Shown here piece after piece: positions 1-7,516 of a stretch of 32,000 bases of DNA. The stretch covers positions 175,227-207,226 of the forward strand of contig NZ_CP101161.1 of NCBI RefSeq assembly GCF_024298865.1, read 5' to 3'. Position 1 is the first letter of the stretch; each line of letters begins with the position of its first letter. The notes under the pieces were generated by a model. It made no database searches and was not told where the DNA came from. It worked only from the letters and a program-made list of their open reading frames with translations. The position numbers and the translations under genes were made by a program. The stretch is from Halorarius halobius (lineage in GTDB: Archaea > Halobacteriota > Halobacteria > Halobacteriales > Haloarculaceae).

Positions 1-1108
1 CGGTCGCGGCCTTGTCGTAGCCGATGAGACAGTGGGCCAGCGCCGCGCCGACGTTGCGCTTCACGGTCGAGTCCGAGAGGTCACGCTGGAGCCGCGAGGT
101 GGTGACGTAGTCGCCGAGGAAGACGAGGTCCGAGTTCGCCTTCGAGAGGTTCCCCTCGCTGTTCTCGAAGTCGATGGGGTTCACCTTGTGGGGCATCGTC
201 GACGACCCGGTCTCGCCCTCGACTGTCTCCTGGCCGAGGTAGCGCTGGGAGACGTACAGCCACATGTCCCGGTTCAGGTCGAGGAGGACGTTGTTCGCGT
301 TGCGGACGGCGTCGAACACGGACTGGAGGTCGTCACAGGGGTTCACCTGCGTCGAGAGCGGCTGGTGCTCCAGTCCCAGGGAGCCGACGAACTGCCGGGA
401 AAACGCGCGCCAGTCCACGTCCGGGTAGGCGGCGTGGTGGGCCGCGTAGGTGCCCGATGCGCCCGCGAGTTTGCCGGCCAGCGAGCCAGCGGCCCGCTCT
501 ACCTCGCCGACGGCGCGACCGAGACGGGCGGCGTAGACGGCGAGTTCCTTCCCGAACGTCGTCGGCGTGGCCGGCTGGCCGTGCGTGCGAGCCAGCATCG
601 GCAGGTCGCGGTGGTCGCGGGCCATCCCGGCGAGCGTGTCCCGTAGCTCGCGGAGTTCGGGGACGAGCACGTCCTCGACGGCCGGCTTCACGAGCAGTCG
701 CTGGGCGAGGTTGTTCACGTCCTCGCTGGTCAGCGCGACGTGGACGAACGGGGTTGCGTCCCCGCGGTCGATGCGCTCCAGCCGCTCGCGGACGAAGTAC
801 TCGACGGCCTTCACGTCGTGGTTCGTCGCCGGGTAGCCGCGCCAGCCGGCGGTCTCAAGCTGTTTGACGATTTCGGCGTCGTTCTCGTCGAATCCCTCGT
901 ACAGCGCGTACAGCTGGGCACGCTCGCCCTCGTCGAACGACAGCGGCGTCGCGTCGAGTTCGGCCAGCGCGAGCAGGTACTCCACTTCCACCCGGACGCG
1001 GGCGCGCATCAGCGCGGCCTCGCTGGCGTACTCCGCGAGCGGCTCCGTGTAGCCTGCGTAGCGACCGTCCAGCGGCGAGACGGCGTACAGCGGACCCCTG
1101 TTCGTCAT
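1..1108 (-). CDS. purB: adenylosuccinate lyase (N-terminal ~369 codons; 3' end runs off the window start)
   Basis: Absent from the ORF track because it is open at the window edge. My reverse-strand translation from ATG 1108..1106 reads MTNRGPLYAVSPLDGRYAGY...ARTHGQPATPTTFGKE...GSSTMPHKVNPIDFENSEGNL, which contains the fumarate-lyase/PurB signature SSxMPxKxNP. No stop occurs down to position 1. Confidence 0.9.
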   Translation of the reverse strand, partial: MTNRGPLYAVSPLDGRYAGYTEPLAEYASEAALMRARVRVEVEYLLALAELDATPLSFDEGERAQLYALYEGFDENDAEIVKQLETAGWRGYPATNHDVKAVEYFVRERLERIDRGDATPFVHVALTSEDVNNLAQRLLVKPAVEDVLVPELRELRDTLAGMARDHRDLPMLARTHGQPATPTTFGKELAVYAARLGRAVGEVERAAGSLAGKLAGASGTYAAHHAAYPDVDWRAFSRQFVGSLGLEHQPLSTQVNPCDDLQSVFDAVRNANNVLLDLNRDMWLYVSQRYLGQETVEGETGSSTMPHKVNPIDFENSEGNLSKANSDLVFLGDYVTTSRLQRDLSDSTVKRNVGAALAHCLIGYDKAAT

Positions 1109-1131
1109 GGTCGGGAGTGCGGTCACCGCGC

Positions 1132-1138
1132 GAAAAAG
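1132..1138 (-). promoter_or_regulatory. TATA-like box (CTTTTTC) for purB
   Basis: Lies 24-30 nt upstream of ATG 1108, matching the leaderless spacing seen across this window. Confidence 0.35.
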
Positions 1139-1225
1139 CGTGTCGGTCGCCGGTTGCATCGTCGTGAACACCACCGCCACCGAAACCCTGTTTGTACCCT
1201 ATTTCTATACACGTATTCGCATATT

Positions 1226-1265
1226 CTCCCGCGAGTAACCGCAACTACTTTGCGCTCCCGCGAGT
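1226..1265 (+). repeat. 11-bp perfect direct repeat CTCCCGCGAGT (1226-1236 and 1255-1265)
   Basis: Read directly. The two copies flank the putative purNH TATA box in the purB/purNH divergent spacer. Confidence 0.8.
1246..1252 (+). promoter_or_regulatory. TATA-like box (TACTTTG) for purNH
   Basis: Ends 25 nt upstream of ATG 1277 and is flanked by two copies of CTCCCGCGAGT. Confidence 0.35.
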
Positions 1266-1276
1266 CGGATACGGAC

Positions 1277-2851
1277 ATGAAACTGGCCGGGATGGCCTCG
1301 AACCGTGGCCGGAACCTGCGACACATCGCCGACACGCTCGACGTCGAGTTCGCGGTGATACTGTCGAACGAGGAGGGTGCGCCCGTGCTGGAGGCCGCCT
1401 CCGAGCGCGGCATCGCCACCGAAGTCGTCGAGCGCGACGAGGGGGAGAGCCGGGAGGCCCACGAACGGCGGGTGCTGGACCGTCTCGACACCTACGACTT
1501 CGAGTTGCTGTGTCTCGACGGCTACATGCGCGTGCTCACCGAGTCGTTCCTCGACAGGGTGCCGACGACGCTCAACGTCCACCCGTCGCTTCTGCCCTCC
1601 TTCGACGGGAGGGACGCCCACCAGCAGGTGCTCGACGCCGGCGTCCGCGTCACCGGCTGTACGGTCCACGTCGTCGACGAGACAGTCGACGGCGGCCCCA
1701 TCGTCACGCAGGAACCCATCCCCGTCTTCGAGGGCGACGACGCCGAGGCGCTGAAGGAGCGCGTCCTCTACGAGGGCGAGTTCAAGGCGTACCCGCGGGC
1801 CGTCCAGTGGTTCGCCGAGGACCGCGTCGAGGTCGACCACGACGCGGGCGAGGTCCACGTCGACGGCGACGACGACGGGGAGTTCCCCGCCCGGCGGGTC
1901 GTCAGCGAGGATTTCGAGACGGGCCTGCGGTACGGCGAGAACCCCCACCAGGACGCGGCCGTCTACGCCGACGGGGCCTGCGAGGCGGCGAACGTCGTCA
2001 CCGCCCCGCAGTTGAACGAGGGCGCGAAGGCGCTGTCGTACAACAACTACAACGACGCCGACGCCGCGCTGGGGCTCGTCAAGGAGTTCGACGACCCCGC
2101 GGCGGCGGTCATCAAGCACACCAACCCGGCGGGCTGTGCCACTGCCGACACGCTCGCCGACGCCTACGCGGACGCGCTCTCGACGGACCCCCAGAGCGCG
2201 TTCGGCGGCATCGTCGCGCTCAACCGCGAGTGTGACGCCGCCACCGCCGAGCAGGTGGTCGACTCGTTCAAGGAAATCGTGGTCGCGCCCGACTACACCG
2301 ACGCGGCGCTGGACGTGCTGACGACGAAGGAGAACCTCCGCGTACTCGCGGTCGGCGACCTCTCGACCGACGACGAGCGGATGACCGAGAAACCGATTAC
2401 GGGGGGGCGACTCGTGCAGGAGCGCGACCGGCAGAAACTCGCGCCCGACGACCTGGAGGTCGTCACCGAGCGGGAACCCACAGACGAGCAAATCGAGTCG
2501 ATGCTGTTCGCGTGGCAGACCATCAAGCACGTCAAGTCGAACGCCATCCTGTTCGCCAACGGAACCGAGACGGTCGGCATCGGCATGGGACAGGTCTCGC
2601 GGGTCGACGCGGTCCGACTGGCGGCGATGAAAGCCGAGGAACACGCCGAGGGGAAGAGCGCGGAGGGCGCGGTGATGGCCTCGGACGCCTTCTTCCCGTT
2701 CCCCGACGCCGTGGAGTACGCCGCCGAGGCGGGTATCGAGGCAGTCATCCAGCCCGGCGGCTCCGTCAACGACGAGGACGTCGTCGAGGCCGCCGACGAG
2801 CACGGGATGGCGATGGTGCTGACCGGCCAGCGGTGCTTCAGACACGACTGA
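1277..2851 (+). CDS. purNH: fusion of GAR formyltransferase (PurN) with the AICAR formyltransferase domain of PurH
   Basis: Track ORF 740..2851. Its first 179 codons are Arg/His-rich and cover the purB promoter, so I place the start at ATG 1277 (MKLAGMASNRGRNL). The N-terminal half has the PurN motif HPSLLPSFDG. The C-terminal half has LRYGENPHQ, SYNNYNDADAA and the PurH-type C-terminus TGQRCFRHD. No MGS-like IMP cyclohydrolase domain is present. Confidence 0.9.
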   Translation: MKLAGMASNRGRNLRHIADTLDVEFAVILSNEEGAPVLEAASERGIATEVVERDEGESREAHERRVLDRLDTYDFELLCLDGYMRVLTESFLDRVPTTLNVHPSLLPSFDGRDAHQQVLDAGVRVTGCTVHVVDETVDGGPIVTQEPIPVFEGDDAEALKERVLYEGEFKAYPRAVQWFAEDRVEVDHDAGEVHVDGDDDGEFPARRVVSEDFETGLRYGENPHQDAAVYADGACEAANVVTAPQLNEGAKALSYNNYNDADAALGLVKEFDDPAAAVIKHTNPAGCATADTLADAYADALSTDPQSAFGGIVALNRECDAATAEQVVDSFKEIVVAPDYTDAALDVLTTKENLRVLAVGDLSTDDERMTEKPITGGRLVQERDRQKLAPDDLEVVTEREPTDEQIESMLFAWQTIKHVKSNAILFANGTETVGIGMGQVSRVDAVRLAAMKAEEHAEGKSAEGAVMASDAFFPFPDAVEYAAEAGIEAVIQPGGSVNDEDVVEAADEHGMAMVLTGQRCFRHD

Positions 2852-2917
2852 GCGACAGCGAAGGAGTGTCTGAAGCCCGTGAGACGACGGAAGGGAGTCT
2901 CACGGCGTTTCAGACAC
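2835..2917 (+). other. structured 3' region of purNH with alternative stems A:B and B:A' plus an internal 9-bp hairpin
   Basis: A is GCTTCAGACAC (2835-2845), B is GTGTCTGAAGC (2866-2876), A' is TTTCAGACAC (2908-2917). B is complementary to both A and A'. The internal hairpin is CCGTGAGAC (2877-2885) / GTCTCACGG (2897-2905). Confidence 0.6.
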
Positions 2918-2923
2918 GACTGA
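2837..2923 (+). repeat. 15-bp perfect direct repeat TTCAGACACGACTGA (2837-2851 and 2909-2923)
   Basis: The first copy is the last four codons plus the TGA stop of purNH. The second copy lies 72 nt downstream, in frame. Confidence 0.85.
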
Positions 2924-2932
2924 ACGCCCAGG

Positions 2933-2936
2933 TTTT
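2933..2936 (+). terminator. T4 tract, candidate purNH terminator
   Basis: TTTT lies 10 nt after the second repeat copy. Short U-tracts are the usual haloarchaeal termination signal. This is weak evidence on its own. Confidence 0.25.
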
Positions 2937-2947
2937 GCATCTCCCTC

Positions 2948-2964
2948 GGCGCGCTTCGCGCGCC
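2948..2964. other. GC-rich palindrome GGCGCGC-TTC-GCGCGCC
   Basis: Read directly: 7-bp arms with a 3-nt centre. Confidence 0.7.
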
Positions 2965-3001
2965 TCGGCCTGTGTGCCGGCTCCGCCGATACGATTTAGC
3001 A

Positions 3002-3022
3002 CGGCGGGCTGTCAGCCCGCCG
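3002..3022. other. 21-nt palindrome CGGCGGGCTG-T-CAGCCCGCCG
   Basis: Read directly: 10-bp perfect arms. Confidence 0.7.
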
Positions 3023-3164
3023 CTCAGGCAATAACTCGGGGCAATATACGCGCCTCGCTTCGCTCGGCGCCGAAGAACCGCTCGCTCCCTGCGGTCGCTC
3101 GGGGACGCTACGGTCCCACAAACGCTTTGTCACAGCAGTAGCCAGAACTCGACGACGCCCTCCG

Positions 3165-3827
3165 ATGTCACGCTACGACGCAGTCCTGTTCGACAACGAC
3201 GGCGTGTTGGTCCACCCGCCGTCGTCCGAGGCACAGTCGGCCGCCATCCGCGACGCCTTCCACGAGGTGGGCGTCGAGTCGCCCCGCGACGACCACGTCG
3301 AGTACCTCTGTCACGGCGTCACCGTGGACGGCCTCCGTGACATCGCCGCGTCCTACGGCGTCGACCACGAGACGCTGTGGGACGCCCGCGAGCGGCACGA
3401 CGACCGCTCGCAACGCGAGGCGTTCGTCGCCGGCCACCGGAGCACCTACGACGACGTGGACGCCGTCGACGCGCTTCCGGGGCCACGCGGCCTCGTCAGC
3501 AACAACCACCACCCGACCGTCGAGTTCGTCCTCGACCGCTTCGGGTTGGGGTTCGACACCTACTACGGCCGGCCGATGACCGTCGAGAGCCTGCGGTTGA
3601 AGAAACCGAACACGCATTTCCTCGACCGCGCGCTCGCGGACCTCGACGCCGACTCGGGGCTGTACGTCGGGGACAGCGAGAGCGACGTACAGGCCGCCCA
3701 CAACGCAGGACTGGAGTCGGTGTTCGTCCGGCGGGAGCACAACCGCGACGCCGCGCTCGGCGTCACGCCGGACTACGAGGTGGAGACGCTGGACGCCGTC
3801 GGCGAAATCCTCGGCGACGGGGCGTGA
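3165..3827 (+). CDS. HAD-superfamily hydrolase (subfamily IA-like phosphatase)
   Basis: Track ORF. HAD motif I FDNDGVL (DxDx[TV]), Lys motif LKKPN, motif IV GDSESD. Confidence 0.85.
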   Translation: MSRYDAVLFDNDGVLVHPPSSEAQSAAIRDAFHEVGVESPRDDHVEYLCHGVTVDGLRDIAASYGVDHETLWDARERHDDRSQREAFVAGHRSTYDDVDAVDALPGPRGLVSNNHHPTVEFVLDRFGLGFDTYYGRPMTVESLRLKKPNTHFLDRALADLDADSGLYVGDSESDVQAAHNAGLESVFVRREHNRDAALGVTPDYEVETLDAVGEILGDGA

Positions 3828-3836
3828 GCGCGGACG

Positions 3837-4769
3837 CTACTCGACGTACGTGAACCAGTCGTCGTGGTCGTCGGTCCGGCGCTCCACGAGGTCGAAGAAC
3901 GCCTGCTGGAGTTCCTCGGTGACCGGGCCGCGCGTCCCCGAGCCGATTTCGTTGTCGTCGACGCTCTTGATTGGGGTGACCTCCGCCGCCGTCCCCGAGA
4001 AGAACAGTTCGTCCGCGGTGTACAACTCGCCTCGCGAGATGACGGCGTCGTCGTGGACGGTGTAGCCGTGTTCCTCGGCGAGGGTGATGACCGTCTCGCG
4101 GGTGATGCCGTTGAGGATGGACTGCGCGAGGCCGGGCGTGTATATCTCGCCGTCGTTGACCATGAAGATGTTCTCGCCCGGTCCCTCGGCGACGTTGCCC
4201 TCCTTGTTGAGGACGATGGCCTCGACGTAGCCGTTGCCCCGCGCTTCCTCGCCGGCGAGCATGCTGTTGAGGTACGGGCCGGTCGCCTTCGCGTTCGTCG
4301 GAATCTGCGAGGAGGCGTGCTTGCGCCACGAAGAGACCATCACGTCGACGCCGTTCTCCAGCGCCTCCTCGCCGAGATACGCGCCCCACGGCCAGCAGGC
4401 GATTGCGGTGCGTGTCGGACAGTCCTTCGGCGAGACGCCCAGCGAGTCGTAGCCGAAGAAGGAGATGGGCCGGATGTAGCAGGATTCGAGCTCCTGCCGG
4501 CGAATCAGTTCCAGCGTCGCCTCCTTCAGCTCCTCTAGCGAGTAGCCGATGTCGAGGTCGTACGGCTTCGCCGACTCGTAGAGGCGTTCGAGGTGTTCGT
4601 CGAAGCGGAACACCGCCGGACCCCGCTCGGTGTCGTAACAGCGGATGCCCTCGAACACCCCCGTTCCGTAGTGCAGTCCGTGCGTGAGAACGTGAATCTG
4701 GGCCTCGTCCCAGTCCACGAACTCGCCGTCCATCCAGATGGTGTCGACGTCCATCTCGTCGAAGCCCAT
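3837..4769 (-). CDS. ilvE: branched-chain amino acid aminotransferase (fold-type IV PLP enzyme)
   Basis: Track ORF 3837..4784 begins at GTG. I prefer ATG 4769 (MGFDEMDVDTIWMDGEF). HGLHYGTGVFEG and the Lys region TNAKATGPYLNSMLA are typical of IlvE. Confidence 0.9.
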   Translation of the reverse strand: MGFDEMDVDTIWMDGEFVDWDEAQIHVLTHGLHYGTGVFEGIRCYDTERGPAVFRFDEHLERLYESAKPYDLDIGYSLEELKEATLELIRRQELESCYIRPISFFGYDSLGVSPKDCPTRTAIACWPWGAYLGEEALENGVDVMVSSWRKHASSQIPTNAKATGPYLNSMLAGEEARGNGYVEAIVLNKEGNVAEGPGENIFMVNDGEIYTPGLAQSILNGITRETVITLAEEHGYTVHDDAVISRGELYTADELFFSGTAAEVTPIKSVDDNEIGSGTRGPVTEELQQAFFDLVERRTDDHDDWFTYVE

Positions 4770-4777
4770 ACCCACAG

Positions 4778-4805
4778 CCAACACCGCCCCCGTATTGAGT
4801 GTTGG
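4778..4805. promoter_or_regulatory. 7-bp inverted repeat CCAACAC...GTGTTGG bracketing the ilvE TATA-like box
   Basis: Arms at 4778-4784 and 4799-4805. It lies between the ribB stop (4827) and the ilvE start (4769), so it could act as an operator or as a ribB 3' hairpin. Confidence 0.3.
4792..4798 (-). promoter_or_regulatory. TATA-like box (TCAATAC) for ilvE
   Basis: Lies 23-29 nt upstream of ATG 4769 and is bracketed by the 7-bp inverted repeat CCAACAC/GTGTTGG. Confidence 0.3.
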
Positions 4806-4826
4806 CGGTTCTTGCCGGAGGAGAAA

Positions 4827-5489
4827 TCAGCCGAGGCGCGCCAGCAGGTCCGCACCCTCGACGTACACGAGGTCGTGACGGTCGGCGTACGCGCGGGCGT
4901 CGGCGGGCGACAGCGCCCCGCCCGTCTCGTCGTCGAGCATCTCACAGACGACGACGGCAGGCGCGCGGTCGGCGGCCGCCGCGAGCGCGACGCCGAGTTC
5001 CGTGTGGCCCTCGCGGTCCGCGAGCAGGCCCGGCGCGGCCCGAAGGAGGTGGACGTGGCCCGGGGCGCGGAACTCGTCGGCGAACTGCGCGCGGTCGGGA
5101 GCGGCCGCGAGGTCGCCCAGCCGCGAGATGGTGAGCGCGCGGTCGTCGTCCGGGATGCCGGTCCGGGTGTCGCGGTGGTTGACCGTCAGCGAGAACGACG
5201 ACCGTTCGTCGTAGTCGAGGTCGTGGTCGGCCGCGGCCGGGTGGTCGATGGTCTCCTGCACGAAGGGGAGGCCCCACGCCTCGGCGACCGCATCCGAGAG
5301 CGCGACACAGACCAGCCCGCCGGCGTCGTTGCGCATCCGGCAGACGTCGTCGCTGTCGACCGCCGCCGCGGGGTAGACGAGGTCCGTCTCGCCCTCGCGG
5401 TCGGCGGCGTCGTGGACCAGGACTGGCTCGCCGCGGGCGAACGCCTCGATGGCCGCGTCCACGGCGGTCAGTTCACTGCTCCTCGACAC
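4827..5489 (-). CDS. ribB: 3,4-dihydroxy-2-butanone 4-phosphate synthase
   Basis: Track ORF. Contains [26 protein letters not shown] and REGHTELGV, as in DHBP synthases. Its start overlaps the stop of the upstream riboflavin kinase gene by 17 nt. Confidence 0.9.
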   Translation of the reverse strand: MSRSSELTAVDAAIEAFARGEPVLVHDAADREGETDLVYPAAAVDSDDVCRMRNDAGGLVCVALSDAVAEAWGLPFVQETIDHPAAADHDLDYDERSSFSLTVNHRDTRTGIPDDDRALTISRLGDLAAAPDRAQFADEFRAPGHVHLLRAAPGLLADREGHTELGVALAAAADRAPAVVVCEMLDDETGGALSPADARAYADRHDLVYVEGADLLARLG

Positions 5490-6171
5490 GGACGGTCACC
5501 TCCATCCCGTCGTCGAGGCCGAGCACGTCCCGGAGCTTCTCGGGCGCGATGACCTCCAGTTGGTCGGCGTCGTGGTGGGTGCGCTCGGGCGCGATGACGT
5601 GGGCCTCCTCGTACGTCTCCCCGTCGACGAGGACAGCGGCGGGCCAGCAGAACGCCGGGCCGTACGTCCGGTCGTCACCTTCCCAGCCGTCGATGCGGAC
5701 GGGGTCCATCGCGTCCATCCGGGCGCGCGCCTCCACGCTCTCGGCGTCGAGGTCGACGTTCAGCGTCCCCGCGAACGGCTCGTAACCGAGCCGCTCGCGG
5801 AACTGCTCCATGTAGCCCGGAAGCGAGATGTAGTGGCGCCCCTCGCCCATCCCGCTGGTGACGGTGCCGTGAAGCGCCACCTCCGCGACGCCCTCGAAGA
5901 TGCGTCGGTAGGCCTCGTACTCGCGGCGTAGCGTCCGGCGGCCGGCGTCGGTGATGGTGACCCGCTGGCCGTCGCCGACCATCTCCCGCTCGACGGTGCC
6001 GGCGTCCTCCAGTCGCTGGAGCCGGCGGGAGGCAGTCTGGTTCGAGGCGTCGAGTCGCTCCGCGAGCGCCGCACACGTCACGGTCGTCGGCGCGTCGGCG
6101 GCCCCCTCCAGCGCGAGATGCTTGAGAGTCGCCAGTTCGTCGGGACCGACCGACGCCACCTGTTCTTGCAT
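5473..6171 (-). CDS. ribK: winged-helix DNA-binding domain fused to archaeal CTP-dependent riboflavin kinase (RbkR-type architecture)
   Basis: Track ORF 5473..6360. The first 63 codons are Arg-rich, so I moved the start to ATG 6171 (MQEQVASVG). N-terminal wHTH: [27 protein letters not shown]. The C-terminal [23 protein letters not shown]...FAGTLNV resembles the MJ0056-type kinase. Confidence 0.85.
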   Translation of the reverse strand: MQEQVASVGPDELATLKHLALEGAADAPTTVTCAALAERLDASNQTASRRLQRLEDAGTVEREMVGDGQRVTITDAGRRTLRREYEAYRRIFEGVAEVALHGTVTSGMGEGRHYISLPGYMEQFRERLGYEPFAGTLNVDLDAESVEARARMDAMDPVRIDGWEGDDRTYGPAFCWPAAVLVDGETYEEAHVIAPERTHHDADQLEVIAPEKLRDVLGLDDGMEVTVRVEEQ

Positions 6172-6195
6172 ACCACGGGCTACGGAACTCGTCGG

Positions 6196-6201
6196 TTTAA
6201 G
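6196..6201 (-). promoter_or_regulatory. TATA-like box (CTTAAA) for the ribK(rbkR-type)-ribB unit
   Basis: Lies 25-30 nt upstream of ATG 6171. Confidence 0.4.
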
Positions 6202-6398
6202 CGTAACGAACGTGGAAAGCTTCTCAAAAATGAGATGGCGTGCGAGGCGGGAACCGTCGGGAGTTCCACGTCGGGACCGACCCGACATGAAGCCGTCGGT
6301 CACGGCGACGCGGACGGCCGCCCGGTCGGGGAAGCGTCGCGCCGGTCGAACGAGGTTCACGCGTCGTCCCGCCCTCGGAGCGTCCGGACGGTCGGCGT

Positions 6399-7370
6399 CT
6401 ACGCCGAGTAGGGCTCCGCGCTCCAGAACTCGCTTCCGCCCTTCAGTTTCGGCACCCAGGTGTCTTCCTCGCGTGCGAGCAGTGCGACCCGCGACTCCTC
6501 GACCTCACGGTAGTGGTCGAACTCGGGGAGGAACTCGCTCACGTCGCGGGTGAACGCCGCCACTTCCTCGTGGTCGGGCATCGACGAGCGGTCCAGTCGT
6601 CCGCGGGAGTGGCCGACGTGCATGTACGCCTTCATCTCGACGAAGTCCACGTCCGCGCGCTGGCACATCGCCGCGTACCACGCCGGCGTGTGCATGTTGA
6701 CCCCCTTCACGAGCGTCGTGCGGATGACCGTCCGCGTCTCCTCCTTGTCGGCGAGCACGTCGAGCGTGTCGATGAGGCTCTCCCACGCGCCGTCCTCGAC
6801 GGCGCCGACGGTGTCGTCGAACGTCGCCCGGTCGGCGGCGTCGACGGAGACGTACAACTGCGTCGGGTCACACTCCGCGAGCACCTCGGGTCGGGTGCCG
6901 TTCGACACGAGGAACGTCGTCAGCCCGCGGTCGTGGAACGCCTCGATGAGTTCCGGCAGATACGGGTAGAGGGTCGGTTCGCCGTCCAGCGAGATGGCGA
7001 CGTGGCGCGGCTCCATCGCCTCGTCGAACACCTCGCGGGGCACCTCGTCGTTGCCGCCGAACCCGGAGAGGAGTTTCCGCTGGAGGTCGATTGACGCGTC
7101 GACGACCGCCTCGGGGTCGTCCCACTCGACGCCGTCGAGTTCGTACGCGTGGCCCGCGTGGTCGCGCCAGCAGAACACGCACCGCTCGTTGCATTTGACG
7201 ACCGGCGTCATCTGGATACAGCGGTGCGACTGGATGCCGTAGAAGTGGTTCTTGTAACACCGACCCTCGCCGCGCACCGCGCTGGACGTCCAGCCACACG
7301 TCTGGGCCGCGGTGTGGTTGACGCTGTGGTAGTCCGGGTCGTCTACCTGCTTGGGCCCCGAATCGCTCAT
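6399..7370 (-). CDS. taw1: radical-SAM 4-demethylwyosine synthase (TYW1/Taw1)
   Basis: Track ORF 6399..7454, start moved to ATG 7370 (MSDSGPKQ). Radical-SAM cluster [10 protein letters not shown] (Cx3Cx2C), an upstream Cys pair (AAQTCGW...EGRCYK), and [10 protein letters not shown]. Confidence 0.85.
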   Translation of the reverse strand: MSDSGPKQVDDPDYHSVNHTAAQTCGWTSSAVRGEGRCYKNHFYGIQSHRCIQMTPVVKCNERCVFCWRDHAGHAYELDGVEWDDPEAVVDASIDLQRKLLSGFGGNDEVPREVFDEAMEPRHVAISLDGEPTLYPYLPELIEAFHDRGLTTFLVSNGTRPEVLAECDPTQLYVSVDAADRATFDDTVGAVEDGAWESLIDTLDVLADKEETRTVIRTTLVKGVNMHTPAWYAAMCQRADVDFVEMKAYMHVGHSRGRLDRSSMPDHEEVAAFTRDVSEFLPEFDHYREVEESRVALLAREEDTWVPKLKGGSEFWSAEPYSA

Positions 7371-7395
7371 GTCGTGTGCCAGTGGGCGGGGGCGC

Positions 7396-7401
7396 GTAAA
7401 C
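7396..7401 (-). promoter_or_regulatory. TATA-like box (GTTTAC) for taw1
   Basis: Lies 26-31 nt upstream of ATG 7370. Confidence 0.4.
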
Positions 7402-7516
7402 CCGTCGCTCACGTGGGGCGTCGTTCGACGGTCCATGCGACTGGACTCCTCCAACCGGCTACGTCATCGACCGCCGGCCGTAGTCCACACGGCGCGAGAC
7501 GGACGGCGAGGTGGGG

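Noticed and set aside
1205-2845. 546-aa minus-strand ORF antisense to purNH
   Set aside because: It is an Arg/Gly/Val/Asp-rich low-complexity translation lying exactly opposite a gene with strong family motifs. This is the typical shadow ORF of a high-GC genome.
6235-6411. 58-codon plus-strand ORF ([21 protein letters not shown]...) in the ribK-taw1 spacer, with fairly high GC3
   Set aside because: The other frames in this spacer also show high GC3. The composition is low-complexity, there is no TATA-like box at the usual spacing, and the ORF overlaps the taw1 3' end. The support is insufficient.
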